Part shown: positions 49,400 through 62,632 of the stretch, piece after piece
Numbering within the stretch: the stretch's first letter is position 1
Layout of the letters: every line of letters starts with the position of its first letter
Assembly (NCBI GenBank): GCA_977016875.1
Contig: CDRNST010000045.1
Coordinates: 1,178,001 to 1,242,000 of the forward strand
Direction of reading: 5' to 3'
DNA length: 64,000 nt
Source of the DNA: Pavona decussata
Taxonomy: Eukaryota
Translations under genes and position numbers: made by a program
The notes under the pieces: generated by a model
Told to the model about the DNA's origin: nothing
Databases searched by the model: none
Seen by the model: the letters and a program-made list of their open reading frames with translations, nothing else

Positions 49400-51110
49400 G
49401 GTGGTTTTCATAGTACTCAGTTCTTCCCTACTTTCATGGAAGAGTTTGATGAATTCTTCCATGACAAAGAACTCTTCCTTTGTCAATGCCCCTTTGCAGA
49501 GTGGTTCTCCCTTTTCATCAAGGTAGGCTTGTGAGTTAAGTTTGATCGAGTTTTGAATATTAAACTTTCGTCATTTTCGTGGTGCGCACTCCATCTTGGC
49601 ATCACCAGCTTGACGTTGCCCAAATGGATTTGAACATCCTCTGCATGTACAATTTCCTCCGCAACCAGCTCGAACTTTAAGACACCTACAGCTGCTGGAG
49701 TATGCGCCATTGTTGCAAATATTTGACAATGACGTTTGGTCTTTCCTGGACCTTTTATTTTCTTTTGTTTCTTTACTTTGATGGTTTTCTGGCAGGGACC
49801 ACCCCTTCTCCATATAGACATAATCGTAGTATCCACAACCAGCGGCATTAAATGACTCAAACAACATAGACATGCAACTTAGCTGTTGACGCGGCATTAT
49901 TGGGATAGATAGATTACACGTAGAGTTTTTTTTTTTCTTCCTTGTTTGTGGGATCGAATACGATCATCAACAAGGCATAAGCTAGACGAACACCCACTTT
50001 ACTACAATTAAGAAGATGGCCTATCCACCTGTGCAGTGCTTTGTCTCTGTTAGTTCCAGGCAAATTAATACATGTTAGAAATCGAGTAGCTAATGGACGT
50101 AGTAACCCTTTTATCTCGAGTGATGACCATGTGCATCAAAGAGAATGTTTGCTTGTCTTTAATCCCAATGCGATGTTTTTATTAAATGATCTGTTTATAA
50201 CACTTTTAAGGATACTCATGGTAATGTAATTAAAAGGCCACTTCCAATGTACAACAATGTCTGACAAAAAAACACTTTATTTTGAAATAGGTGTAGTTAA
50301 GTGTTTTAACCCGCTCTCTGTAATCATCAAAATGTTATTCTAGTCCTGCATCCCTACAGGACTTGTTGTTTAAAGCATAGCATGTTTTATACTTGGGCAA
50401 GAGGTGATAATTCTCATTTTAATGCAAGTTAAAAAGTGTGTCAACAGCTTACCCGACAAACTGCCTTTCTTCATGTGCTCCTGGATTTTCCTTACTTCCT
50501 GTATAGCTTCCTCTGACAATACAGGCTTGCCTTTATTGCTTTCCACATTTTCCGCATTTTTGAAAAGTTTTTGGATCGGGAGTTTCTTTTGCGTGCGCCT
50601 CCCTGAGGTCAGCGGGATCTCTAAACATCAACCATAGTTCTTGTAAGCATGTACTATAGAACGGGTGTCGCTTTGCTATTTTGGTACTTATTCGTTGAAA
50701 TGCGTGAAAAATATCAAATTTTACAGTGAGATAAGAGCCGAACACCTCTTGTAACTTCTTTCTTTAATGACAGCAGTTATCAATGTAAAATTCCTTGATA
50801 CTCTTTCCTTGACTGGACAGTCTCCTGAATAGTTGTTGCAGAACACGGGGATATTTTCAAACCCTGGTGACTGGGTTAGTTGCCAAGTCACGATTTGCCC
50901 TCGTTGATTGATAACACAGAACAATGATTCGTACTGTCGAATCCACTTTCTATCTTCTGTTCTTTCATATCCTATACTGCTGGCTATATCGAAAGTATGG
51001 TCACAGGAGAGCCATTCAGTGTCGGCAGAAATTGACGACATCCGTTCAACAAACAATTCTTCATTCAATTTAAACTAGTAAAGAAAAAAGTCAGAAATTT
51101 TATAATAGCT
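49400..51110 (-). pseudogene. C-terminal half of the Dada-like transposase plus a CXC Cys cluster
   Basis: WLSCDHTF, VINQRGQIVTW, FYIDNCC and VKFDIFHAFQR (DxxH); downstream SSCRCLK...CGGNCTCRGCSNPFG. Confidence 0.65.
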
Positions 51111-52089
51111 TGCTGCCAACTTCTAATTATGTAGCTCCACTATGTTACAATGAGTCCTGCCATTCTTGAGAGACTTAAGCTGCTAACTACTAACAAGATA
51201 TTGATTCACACAAATGCACAAACCTGTTGTTTCTTTTTCAGCTGCAGATCCTTGACTTCCCTGACTTCGAGGGCTTTCACTTTGACTTTGACTTTCACTA
51301 TTCGCTTCTCTCATAATTCTATTACATGTATTCAGTGGTGAATGGCTGTCACAAGGTTAAGGGGTCTGGAAACCTGAAAACAGATGTAGGGCAAACTTGT
51401 TCTAAACCACAAGCCATGAAAACACGCAAGTTTGGGACTAAGACAGCCTTTATTGATACTAAGTTAATAATTAACATTCCATATAAAATCTAAACTTGAC
51501 TAAATTACACTCCAGCAAAACGAATTAAGACAATATAAAATCAATAAAGACAATTAACAATAAAACACGATGCACCCGGCTGTCTATGTATAATACGTGA
51601 GAACAGGTAGATAAGCTACAATAGTATATGGAAAATCAAGATCTCCGGGAGGGCGGGGAGGGAAAACTACTTCTAATCAACTACTAAGTTGTACTGCATG
51701 CACGCTAGCGATAGCAATAAGCAAGTGACCTGGAAAAAGCTAACACAGCTCCTAGTCTAGATTATTAGGCAATAGTACTTTAACTAGCACGCTGTACTTG
51801 TCTAGTACCTACTATCTCACGTGACTTGCTAGAGACAGTAAAAATACAAGGAACAATGAAACCTGTAATAGCGTGGTACTAAGACTGTCTGAGTCCCATA
51901 CCCCATGTTTGAGATTTAGACGGGCATCAACTGAGCTGATGCTACCCCTAAACCACAAGCCATGAAAACACGCAAGGTTGGGACTAAGACAGCCTTTATT
52001 GATACTAAGTTAATAATTAACATTTCATATAAAATCTAAACTTGACTAAATTACACTCCAAACCCAAACTGTGGAGGTGGTAGAGTGGA

Positions 52090-53099
52090 GGAATTATTGT
52101 TGATTATAGCCTTGGCAATAACATTAACTGATTGTAATCTAATGGTGAGTGGCACAGTAAGATATAGGAGCACGGCATCCGAATGCCAGTCACCCAGCAT
52201 CTTGATGAGCTCTATAGGCACACCCGCTTGAAAAGCAAAGGAAGCCCCCCCCCCCCCCCCCCCCTGCAGAATGAATGGCAGGCATAATCTTTGGCTGGGA
52301 GATTCAAGGACTGAAGAATTGCACGTAGTTTGCGGAGGAACAAAGGGTAAGAAAAAATTTTTAATTGCAGGTCAGGTGAATTTAAATATGCAAAAGCGTG
52401 GGAGTTGGGAGGTGCATTGCCTGTAAAATACCATGCACGTTTAATGGCCAGCACTGGGCAGAGGGGAGACCCAGGGATAGCAGGAAGGGGAAGTTGTACC
52501 ACCCGCTCACGAAACTGGATTGTTTTGCTCCAGCGAATAGTAACCAGGGAGCCCCAGGAATAGGTGTGAAAATCTGACCGTAAAAGCTGCTGGGAGGAGT
52601 CCAGGGACCCAGGAGATTTAACAAGGAGATGGCTTTTACGAAGCATGCCATAAAAGGACACCAAACAAATGGCCCAAAAGGAGGCATCAATACTAGAGCG
52701 CAAGTTGAGTTGAGAATGAATTTGCAGCAACAGGTCAGGCGTTATAGGTAGCTTCTGGGAAGGAGGTTCCCCGTTAACCCGTCTAATGCCAGTAAGGAGG
52801 GACTGCAAAGGCCAATTATCCTTGAGGGGATTGGGCAGATTAAATTCCTTATGGAGCACACCAATAATGTTGAGGTAGCCAGGAATTGATGAAGGCTTGA
52901 GGGATCTTGCCAAAAAGGCTGCATACTGGCAAAGGTGCGCAGACAGAGCGGGGAGAGGCGGATAGCCCATGCGTGAACAAAATCGGAGATAACTGGTACG
53001 GTGAGTACGATATGTGGCTTTAGTGTTGACGGCAAATGTGTGGAAACGGTAATGGTACACCTCTGCTCGGAGCTCCTTGGCCAAATCAGGATCCCGCAA
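52090..53099 (-). pseudogene. Tyrosine recombinase of the Ngaro element
   Basis: FYGMLRKS, WSKT, LCPV, HSFCRGG (HxxR Arg replaced by Cys); after a frameshift in the G-run, LGDWHSDAVLLY. Confidence 0.9.
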
Positions 53100-53208
53100 G
53101 GCTGGAAAAGAGGAAATTGCAACTGTTTAGGGACATGTGATGCACCAGCAGTGTAGAATCAACCTGTGGGTTGGGATGATCCAGTAGGAGGTGACGGTAG
53201 AAGGCCAG

Positions 53209-54700
53209 TCATTTATCTGGCTGGTGTAAACGAGAAACGGCGTCGGCAATGGTGTTGAGTTCACCCTTAATGTATACTGCTGTGAACCTAAAGTTATAAA
53301 TAGCCGAGAGCCAAAACAGTTTTCTTAGAAGACACATAATAAGTGGGTGGGCAGTAGTGCCTTTATTGATAATATGAACTGCAGCTACATTATCACAGTG
53401 AATAATAACATGCTGGTTTTTCCACAGGTGGCCCCAGCGAAAAGCAGCAAAAATTGGAGCAAGGACTTCCTTATGATTGATATGCAAATCAGCATATGCA
53501 GGGGAATCGAGCATGAAGTAATGGTACAGCCAGTCCCCTCTGTAGAAGGCACCGGCAGCTAGCTGGCAGGCATCAGTGTCCACATCTGTGATGGGCTGAG
53601 TGCTGAGGAAGGGATGCTGGCCATTAAAGATTTTTTGGAAGGAGTACCACCACTTCAGGTCTTCAGAGAAGTCAGCAGAGAGGCGTAGCTGTGCCGAGGA
53701 AGAGGGAAGGGAATTCATCATGTCAATTACTCGTCGTAAAAATGTGCGACCCCCATAGACTACACGGCATGCCCAGTTTAACTTGCCAGCAAGTTGCTGT
53801 AGTTGCTGTTTGTTTGCTCTTCGCTTAGTCAAAAACCTGTGCACAACATCATGGAGTTCAGCAAGTTTGGTGGGTGGAAGGGCCATCGTACACTGCTGGG
53901 TGTCCAGTTCAATTCCAAGAAAAACCAATTTCTGCGTAGGGCCAACCACCTTGGGCCAGCTGATAGTAAAGCCAAGATCTTGAAGCAACTGCAACAGAGT
54001 GGAATAGGCAACCTGACAGGCTTGCTGTGTAGGGGCAATCACCAAAAAATCGTCAAGATAAACCACGACTGCGTTGAAGCCACGTCGTGCCATCATCCTA
54101 CGAACGGCCTGCGTGAGACGATGGAAAATTTCTGGGAACTTTTTGCTCCAAATGGCAAACGAGTGTCATAAAAATATGTAAAATCGTCATCCCCTTCGAA
54201 CTGCCATTTGAGACCGGTGGCTGCAAAAAATACTGGGGTGAATAGGGACAGAGCGATAGGCGTGGCACAGGTCAATTTTTGCCATAAAATAATTAGGCTT
54301 GAGAAGCTGTACTGCATCATCCAAAGTTTGAAATTTAAAAGAGCAAGTACTTATGTAATCATTTAGCGCTTGGCCATGCGGGCGAGAGCAATCGTGAATT
54401 AAGCGAACTTCTGAAGAATCAGGCTTAGGAATTGCGCCAAGTGCACTAATAATAGCCGGTTTAGTAGAGGTAACCACATAATTGCCCTCTGCGACCTCCC
54501 CAGCAATAGTCTGCTCAACTACTGCTTTGACAGATACATTGGTAGCTGACTTGTAATTGTTCATATCTGTTGCCATGAACTGAGTGCCTGTGGGTGCCAA
54601 TTTAAACCCATGCAAAATGCCATCAGAGAGGAATGTGCGATCCTCATCATTGCTTAATTCTGCCAGCCAAAGATCAGTATTTAGGGGTGAGGAAATAGGT
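53209..54700 (-). pseudogene. RT-RNase H of the Ngaro element, frameshifted
   Basis: RLIHDCS, AKIDL, LPFG, VYLDDF, FLGI; RNase H TDAC, HINHKE, HCDN, ADAVSR. Confidence 0.92.
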
Positions 54701-56021
54701 AGTCAATGAGTCCCCGCGGGGGGGGACTGAAGACCCGGAGGTGGGGTGGGGGTGGCCCGAGAGTCACCCCGATGTGCATAAAAAGGATGCGACTGAGCAC
54801 ACATGCCTTCCCATTGATCTTTTTATTGCACACATGTGCAAAGTGACACTCATAAAGATTACAACCCGTACTACGATTGTAGTTCCTACAAATAATTTTA
54901 CCCTCTTGTGTAGAATTAGCAAGTAGTGACCCGAGGGAGGGGGTGGTAGGACCCAACCTAGAAGGCAATTGCCGAGATGGAGCTGAGATAGGAACTAGCA
55001 GGACAGTGTGGAGATGTGGAGAGTCGTAGCTCCAGGGATAATTATATATGGCCTGTAGATGACGAAACTCGTCATCATACTTGAGCACAGAGGCCCAAGT
55101 AAACTTACTACTCAGCTCCATGATTTTTACTGTGTACGCTAAGTAGTGCTGCACATCCGTAGGGGATGGCAGCTTACCTAATTGCAATAAGGTAAAGAAA
55201 ATTCTGGTGTTGCCAATGACCCACTGAGCTAAGGACACAGAGTCCAACTTAGGCTTTTTGGGCCCGTAGGATACCATTAACTTAGTCAGTCCTACTTCGG
55301 AAATTGTTCGCTCATCAATGTTCGGGACTATCTTGTCGATCAAGTCAACTATGGGTAAAATACGCTCACCCTTTGCAAGCTGCGCTGGCTTTAGATACAT
55401 CAGCGACTCCTGCCATGCGTCAGGCGAAGAAAGAGGACCATCCGGCGAACCGTGTTCAACAGTGAGTTTTTCTGTAGCATTGTTCTGAGCCGCCATGTTC
55501 GTTTGGACGCCTGCGAGGAGCCCGTCCAGCGGAGTTTCCGGCGGAGCTTTTGTCTTCGTGTTCGCTGCACTGTTCATCATGGCGGCGGCGACTGGAGTTG
55601 GCGATGGAGCGGTCTGCAAAGACGCTAGACATTGTTCTGCCTCAGCCACGCGGTGTTGAAGGGCCTTTACCCAGCGTTGCTTCTCCAACGCAGCCTCGGC
55701 CAACTCCAGATTTTTTAGTTTTTCCAACAGCTGCGTTTCTTCGTCGTCCTCGTCTACGCTCTGTGCAACTTTTTCGTCTTCGCTCTGTGTAACTTTTTTG
55801 ACACTTTCGGAACATGGATTCCCGGTTGAGAGCTTGGCCTCTGGTTTATCATTTGGGTCCAGAGAAACAGCGCCATCTGAAGGCAAACCCGTCGTTCCGG
55901 TACAATAAGGGCCCGGCTCTCCGAACGTGTGGATACTGTGAGGGATTTTGCGTCCCGAATACTTTGGTGTTCGCTTACTTTCTGCAGCCAGGTCTGTAGA
56001 CTTGTCGTTCTTTTCGGCCAT
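54681..56021 (-). CDS. Gag-like ORF1 of the Ngaro element
   Basis: Position upstream of RT; WASVLKYDDEFR motif; C-terminal CRNYN...C...C.FAHVC finger. Confidence 0.8.
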   Translation of the reverse strand: MAEKNDKSTDLAAESKRTPKYSGRKIPHSIHTFGEPGPYCTGTTGLPSDGAVSLDPNDKPEAKLSTGNPCSESVKKVTQSEDEKVAQSVDEDDEETQLLEKLKNLELAEAALEKQRWVKALQHRVAEAEQCLASLQTAPSPTPVAAAMMNSAANTKTKAPPETPLDGLLAGVQTNMAAQNNATEKLTVEHGSPDGPLSSPDAWQESLMYLKPAQLAKGERILPIVDLIDKIVPNIDERTISEVGLTKLMVSYGPKKPKLDSVSLAQWVIGNTRIFFTLLQLGKLPSPTDVQHYLAYTVKIMELSSKFTWASVLKYDDEFRHLQAIYNYPWSYDSPHLHTVLLVPISAPSRQLPSRLGPTTPSLGSLLANSTQEGKIICRNYNRSTGCNLYECHFAHVCNKKINGKACVLSRILFMHIGVTLGPPPPHLRVFSPPPRGLIDYLFPHP

Positions 56022-57540
56022 ACTTCTAATCAACTACTAAGTTGTACTGCATGCACGCTAGCGATAGCAATAAGCAAGTGACCTGGAGAAAACTAACACA
56101 GCTCCTAGTCTAGATTATTAGGCAATAGTACTTTAACTAGCACGCTGTACTTGTCTAGTACCTACTATCTCACGTGACTTGCTAGAGACAGTAAAAATAC
56201 AAGGAACAATGAAACCTGTAATAGCGTGGTACTAAGACTGTCTGAGTCCCATACCCCATGTTTGAGATTTAGACGGGCATCAACTGAGCTGATGCTACCC
56301 TAAAACACACACTCCAAATGAAGCCACTTGGGTTGTTTAACTCTTCAACAACTGATCATGATGCAAAATGTTGAAAAGCATTTTAATGACCATTCATTAA
56401 GAGATTTATGTCAATCACCTTTGATTTTCCAGAAGCTTTAGCTGCTAATAACTCCTCTAATTTTTTTCTGTTGTGGCTTGTCTCTCTGCAAGGGCTGACA
56501 ATGCTTGGTCCACAGAGTCAAAGCGTTCATGTATAGTATACCTTTCATTGATGTGGCAAACATTTCCTAAAGAAGCATCACCATAAATCGTGCAGATTAT
56601 TACAAAAATGTTGTCCCAACGTTTTGTGATTTAACACTCAGCTGGTCATTAATAAGCTGTCCCATTGCCTGCTTTCTCCAGAAAATTACCATTGTGCAGT
56701 CATATCCTTACAACTTACTGTAAAAAATGATAAATTACAAAGCTGAATATATGGCAATTTTTTCCAAATTGAAGTTTTGTTTAATCACTGAAAAATGCGT
56801 GCTTTAACGACTACTAGGAGGTACCCTGTGAAAACTGTATGTGAATAGCATGTGAAAACCATGTGAAATTATGCACTCTCGTAAATCGGCGATACGGCGG
56901 CGAATTTTCGTTATATAGTTAACTGAATTAGTGTTTCCGAAGTAGATTTCAAATATTGAACTTTCTACGTTTGGAATGACTGTCCTCGACTTTTTAAATT
57001 GGAGAAATTAACAATCAAAGGTTGGATTGTGGACTTAGAAATGACCTTTAACCTGAGAATTTTTTTTGGAGAACAGTGGACAATCATTCCAAACGTGAAG
57101 CGATGGAGATATTTAATCTTTATTTGAAACGCGTTTTTGTTTGATGTTTTCTCTTAAAACCGTCGCCTACCTGTCAAATCTTTGCTTTTTTCGCAAAAAC
57201 GATTACGTGACATGTCACGTGATCTATAGCACTACTTATTATGCTTAGAAATTTTAAGAATGATAAGATCTTTTTATCTTCCAAATTTCAATTTAGTGCC
57301 ATTGAATTTGTTAAAGTTATCGCGAATAAACCATTTTTCCTCTTAAAAGCCCTTAACCCAGGCCTTAAACGGCTTGAGTTGTACAGATCTACCCAATAAA
57401 AGCATAAAATCTTGACCTAGAGTTGGTCATATTTTATTTAGAAAAAAAAGTGGCATTCACTTTAGGGAGTTAAGAGTTAAAGCTACAATAAAATAGAACA
57501 CATGCATGCCAAATATGCAATTTAAAGGTCAAAAATAATA

Positions 57541-57906
57541 CAGTAAAACCCCACGTATAAGAACCTACATTCTCCAAGTTAACTTAAACAGTTTCTTATG
57601 TAAATTGTACTTATCACGAAATTAGGCTAAACAGGTTCTAAATAGCTAGGTTCTTCTTTTGTTTATTATTTATATAAATTATGCACAAATTGTCTCCAAA
57701 ATGACAGTATAAGCACTTATACAAACCCTATATGCACTTTAAAGGTACACTGAATGTAACTTACAACCGACCCAAACATTGTATACAACTGTAGATACTT
57801 TGTTTGATTTACAGTTTTTTTAGTTTTGCCTCTATTTGATAATAAGAAGAACCTGCCTTGAAATTCTAGCCCCAAGGGCTAGGTTCTTATATGCGGGGTT
57901 TTACTG
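57541..57906. mobile_element. Tc1/pogo-type MITE
   Basis: TA|CAGTAAAACCCC..TATAAGAACCTA TIR at both ends; TA TSD. Confidence 0.88.
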
Positions 57907-57922
57907 TATGCAATTCAAAGGT

Positions 57923-58330
57923 CTAACAGTTTTTTGGCAATTTTGGCCTTTTGTTTGTACCATCACTCTTGTCATTGGCAGGTGTGTTGTCTTTATTTTC
58001 TTGCTGGCCATCGTCACTTTCCAAAACATAGACATACCCCTTATGTTTCCTTTTTACTGGGGCTTTGGATACAGCAGGTGCAGGTGCAACAGCTTTCGTA
58101 GTAGCAACTTCTGAAGGATGCAGAGTTGTACTTTTTTTAGCGTTGCTAGCGCTAGCAATCTTTTTCAAAGGCTTTTTCTTGGTAGCAGCAGCATCTTTTG
58201 AAGGAGTTGCCTTTTTAGTGTTGCTAGCGCTAGCAACATTTAAAAGAGTTTTCTTAAGCTTGGTGGTGGTGGCGGTTGAAGATTTTTTGCTCAAGCTCTT
58301 GGCTTTTGGCCCCATTTTCAGTAACTGCAT
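57923..58330 (-). other. Lys/Ala/Ser/Thr-rich low-complexity ORF fragment with internal repeats; function unknown
   Basis: Repeated GTTGCTAGCGCTAGCAA / ASASN.KK units; no globular domain. Confidence 0.3.
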
Positions 58331-58374
58331 AAGGGGTCAAAAAAATGTCTCGTTGAGCTGAAGAAAAGAAAGGG

Positions 58375-60438
58375 AAATGTGACGGAGCTTTACAGCAACA
58401 GGCACCTGGGTCTTTGTATGGATGTGAAACTGAGCTCTATGGGTGCGACCAACTTCGGAATTGTCATTGGCGAAGACATCTCTATACTCGTCCAGAAGAA
58501 GTTGGAACTCCTGTCTCTCAGAAGCTGTTACTTCGCAAGAGTTTAAGTCAACTGCCGCTGGTCCTTTTTTGGGCGTTGTAGGTGGAGGGGGTGGGCCCTC
58601 TGAAATGGTGTTGACCTCAGGACCTTGTTCTTCTACCTTTACTGGCGAAAGTTCTCCAATTCTGGTACCTGCAAACAGCTTAACAGGAACTTCACTGTTG
58701 TTCATGACAGTGACAGGTATTCGGTTTTGAGGTCCCATTGTCACTACACTGGCTCCCAGCAGAACATTGAGGCGGGCCATTTTGTCCATGAAGGGAGAAA
58801 ACAAAGCATCTTTGTCGCATTGGGCATAATCAAATGTACCAGCCCGAACAAAGCACTGCGAACGTGGCGGGATGACATGATCTGAGATGAGTGAAACAAC
58901 TACAGGAGATAGCACAGATCCATGTGAACGTTTCTCTAAAATCAACTTGGCATCACCATGGGTTAGTGTGTGATGAGTCCAATCAATCCCAAAAGAACCA
59001 AACTTTTCTAGAGTATCCATACCCAGGACGGCTGGAACATCCAGGTTTTGGATAACAAGTAAACCAATATTATCCTTAGAAACATGTCCTATCTCAATGT
59101 TAGTAACAATCTCACCCAGACAGCGTAGAGGACTTCCGTTTGCTGTGGCAGGAATACTCTGTGGAGGGGAGAGCTGCGACTTTTCAATGCCAGGTAGTCT
59201 AGAGCTGATACATGTAACATCAGCACCAGTATCTAGCAGCCAAGTGCATTTCACATTTGCAACTTTTCCTGCTACATGCAAGGTAGATCTCCGTTGTGAC
59301 CAAGAGCGTTGTGGAACACATGAGGCACTTTCAGTCGAGTTAGACACCAGTGGTGGCCTCGTAGCACTGGCGCATTTCAGTTTAAATGAGGTGACGAACA
59401 CTGACTGGCCACATGTCCCACGCCTCCACAGTTAAAACAAGTGATGGATCCTTTGGTACCTCCACGGGGGGCACCACGATAGAAACGGCCCCTGTTGCGC
59501 CCTCGTCCACGAAAAGGAAGAACACGACTACAGTCCCTTTGCAAATGTGAGGCAGAACCACAAGCAAAACATTTCCGAGGTGTAGAGAACCTGGGGGTCG
59601 ATTGTTTTAATGAGACAGCATTAACATCTTCAGCATCAGAGGTAGTTTGTCCTTGGAGTAGAACTTTAAGCTCACTCAATTCGTTGCAAAGTGTATCCTA
59701 CAGGTCAATGCTCTGGGTAGGATTTACAGAAGCTACCTGTTCGGCTGAGGCCTGGGTACGCGCCAAGACTTCTTCGATGCGAGGGGCTTGTTTGGCAAGA
59801 TTTGTGTAAGACTTGTCAGGGTAATCCAACTGCAATTTTGAAGATATTGCCCGAGGAATCCCTCAAAGAAACTGTCGAGTAACTGCCTTCTGTGATGGTT
59901 CGTTGAGAGCTGTTCCTTCCCAGATACTAAATGCATCCCGAGACGATCGCTCTAACACAGCAAAATATACTAAAAATGACTCGCCGGGTTGTCGCATTCG
60001 AGCGAGAAAAGCCTGTTCAGAGGACGCCAGGTCTTTCCAGTACTCGGGGATGATTGCTTTTTTCAACTTAGGCCAGTCTTTTCGATCTTCCTCGGGCACT
60101 GTCAATAAAAATTCCACCTTGTCATTTGGGAGACCGATAGCAGCCATTGCCTTCATCTTGTTGTTGTTCCAGCCACATGCCGCTGCGTACGTTTCCACTC
60201 TTAGAATCCATTTTTCACATCCTCGCCTTGTTTCCATAACAGTCTGCATCTATCGTCTTCCATCGCACCGCTGCCACTAGTGTAAACTCAGAAACAGGTG
60301 TCCAAACTCAAGATTTATTAGGGCTCAACAGAATGTAACTCGCTCGTCGCTTCACCTACACTGAAACTCACCCTGACATCCGACCCAGTCTCACTCGTAA
60401 TAGATTGGCCCAGTTGGGTCCAACTTCAGACTGTCACA
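58375..60438 (-). mobile_element. Ty3/Gypsy LTR retrotransposon, 5' half (158-bp LTR, tRNA-Leu PBS, gag, protease), truncated before RT
   Basis: LTR 60438-60281 TGTGAC...TTTACA containing AATAAA; PBS TGGCAGCGGTGCGAT; two CCHC knuckles CFACGSASHLQRDC and CFNCGGVGHVASQC; protease LLDTGAD. Confidence 0.88.
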
Positions 60439-60810
60439 ATATTGTTGGATATCACCGCATTCAGTCCTTGTGTGCTTACCAAACAAGGGAAGTAAAGTTA
60501 ACAAAATAATGTATACCTTATATTTCATTGTCAGTAACTTTGCCAGTTCCATTCTAACAAGACTGGTACTATTTGAAGAATAACCAGAAAATTAGAGAAT
60601 TCCTTTTTGGGTCATTTCTTGACAGCTAGGAGAGCTATTACCTGTTGATGTTTTTATCTATAATTTATTATGATTTTAACGATTAGATATTTTTATTTGA
60701 TATTTTAAACTTATGCATCACTTACATGCCTATGAAAAACCCTGACTGGAAGATTCAATAAAGTTTTACTTTTCTTTTGCTTTTTTTTGTTTAAAGAAAA
60801 CAATTATTGT

Positions 60811-62399
60811 CTAGAAACCCTCTTTCTTTAAAATGCTGTTGTTTCTTAGGGTTAACCTCTTCAATGGTGTGGACATTAACGGACAATAAGACGTTTCAGA
60901 TATTCGAGTTAACGTATCACTCAAATGCCTTGAACCATTCAATTTCCTGAAGCCTTCACAAAGTTGCTCCCGAGGATCTGACATGACATGACTGTAGCTT
61001 GTTTGCTTTTCATCTTCCTTTGCACTGGGGGCTTCTATGGCAACAGGAACCTGGGCAACATCCTCTGGAACAGTTTCCACAACGATGTTGTTTGTATTGA
61101 TCTTCTGGAGTTTCTCTATAGCTCTAAAAAATTTCATCCGGTGGCCAATTCTGGGGATGAGTTGTTCCAGGGCTCTCTCAGTTAGAGCTAGAAGAGCCTC
61201 TCCATCAATGTCATTTTCTGTTGATTAATGTGCAATGATAGATGCAATGTACAGGATGTTGTTTAACAATTTGTAGTCTTCTCAGGTACAACTATGTAGC
61301 TTAATGCAGGGCAGAGCAAAATTTGTTTTAACAAAGTGACTGTTCAACAGGTGACAACAATAAAAACTAATTGTTGGGGAATAAGGAATAGATGACAGCA
61401 ACTAAGAAGGATAGACAGCTTATTCTTACCAATATACCATTATCCACAGGACGCACTCTGACATGTAGACAGAGTTTCCAACTTGATTAAAAAAATATTC
61501 AGTTATTCAGTGAATCAGAGCTGCCAATAAATTCAGTATCCCTTCTGAAAATTCCATACCCCAAAATTTTAAGTGAACATGAATTAAGCTTTAGTGGCAC
61601 AAGAGTAATATTGGGCCATTCCATTTATTATTCGCACCCCCCTCCTACTGAGGGCTTTTGTGTCTACCCCTATCAGAAATAACTTTTCAAGACCCCTTCA
61701 GAAATTAAGATCAAAGTGCCGACATATCCCCCCTCACGAAAAAAGAAAGAGTTCAAAGATACCGACATAAATGCCCCCTCAGAAATAACTCTTTAAGACC
61801 CCCTCCCTCCCCCTCAGATTTCCCAGTACCTCAATAGGGGAGTGCAGATATTAAATGGAATGGCCCATAGGGGTCCAAAGTACAATACCTCAAATGCACT
61901 GAAAACTCGTGACTGGCCTGTTTGTTTCTTTACAAGTAATCTAGACTTGACTGCATTTAATGTAGGTTCAAGTACGTATATGATATTGCTTAGTGAACCG
62001 TTAGCCAGAAATAATCCATTCAGTTAGGGACGCCCAGTGATTTCCCGCCTAAACACACGTGCGCTTGTATGCAAATGAGGGTAATTTTGTATCATGTCCG
62101 CCGGGAAATCCACCTTTTGTCTTCATAAATAGACAGTGATTCCTTTTCCAAAGTTAAATTCTATCTGGTCACCGTGCTCATAAACCATGAAATATTCTCA
62201 TTAACACTGGAACTTGACCCTTAATAAATCGCCTAGGTACTAGCTACAATGTACATAAATGTACACAATAGACAATGCTAATAAACCTTGTACAGTACGA
62301 TATTGTCTATGATTGCTAACCGTGAAATAACGAAGCATACTCTTCAAAGCCATTTTCAACGAGCCATACCTCCACGTCTTCAAAAGTCTTAAAAACCAT
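60811..62399 (-). pseudogene. Spliced SAM-domain gene 5' part, probably an EnSpm/CACTA-like accessory gene
   Basis: Exon 62399-62321 MVFKTFEDVEVWLVENGFEEYASLFH joins in phase 1 to 61217 ENDIDGEALLALTERALEQLIPRIGHRMKFFRAI, giving a complete SAM domain. Confidence 0.75.
61613..61866. mobile_element. PIF/Harbinger- or ISL2EU-like MITE in the SAM gene intron
   Basis: TIR GGGCCATTCCATTTA; internal CCCCTCAGAAAT repeats. Confidence 0.75.
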
Positions 62400-62632
62400 G
62401 ATTAATCCTCGAAAACCAAACTCAATTTGGAACCGCTCGGACACCTATCCAGTTGAGAAAGAAAAATTCCCCTTTCCAAATTGCTTTATATACCGTTAAT
62501 TTTCCGCGCTCATTTTTAGATCACGATATGATTGGTTCAGCACATCACATGGGTTTACTCGTATTGATTCGTGCTCTACAGGAGCAGCATCAAACGTCAC
62601 GATGTTTCATCGTCTGGTTGCTTACCGCCTTT

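Larger units (their letters stand above)
51402..56304 (-). mobile_element. Ngaro-type (DIRS order) tyrosine-recombinase retrotransposon, full length, with split direct repeats
   Basis: Sense order: A1 (56300-56021), gag, RT/RNase H, YR, B1 (52060-51948), A2 (51947-51668), unique 153 bp, B2 (51514-51402). Repeats are nearly identical. Confidence 0.92.

Noticed and set aside
45609-51079. ACTAGTTTAA present in inverted orientation near both putative inversion breakpoints
   Set aside because: A 10-bp AT-rich match could easily be chance, and the breakpoints are not mapped precisely enough to rely on it.
52212-53099. Phage integrase or bacterial contamination
   Set aside because: The YR is part of a gag-RT-RNase H-YR element with split direct repeats in intron-rich eukaryotic DNA.
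56860-57480. Complete piggyBac-like MITE ending GGGAGTTAAGAG|TTAA
   Set aside because: Only one plausible end was found, so boundaries cannot be supported.
57923-58330. Histone H1
   Set aside because: Compositional similarity only; no globular winged-helix domain.
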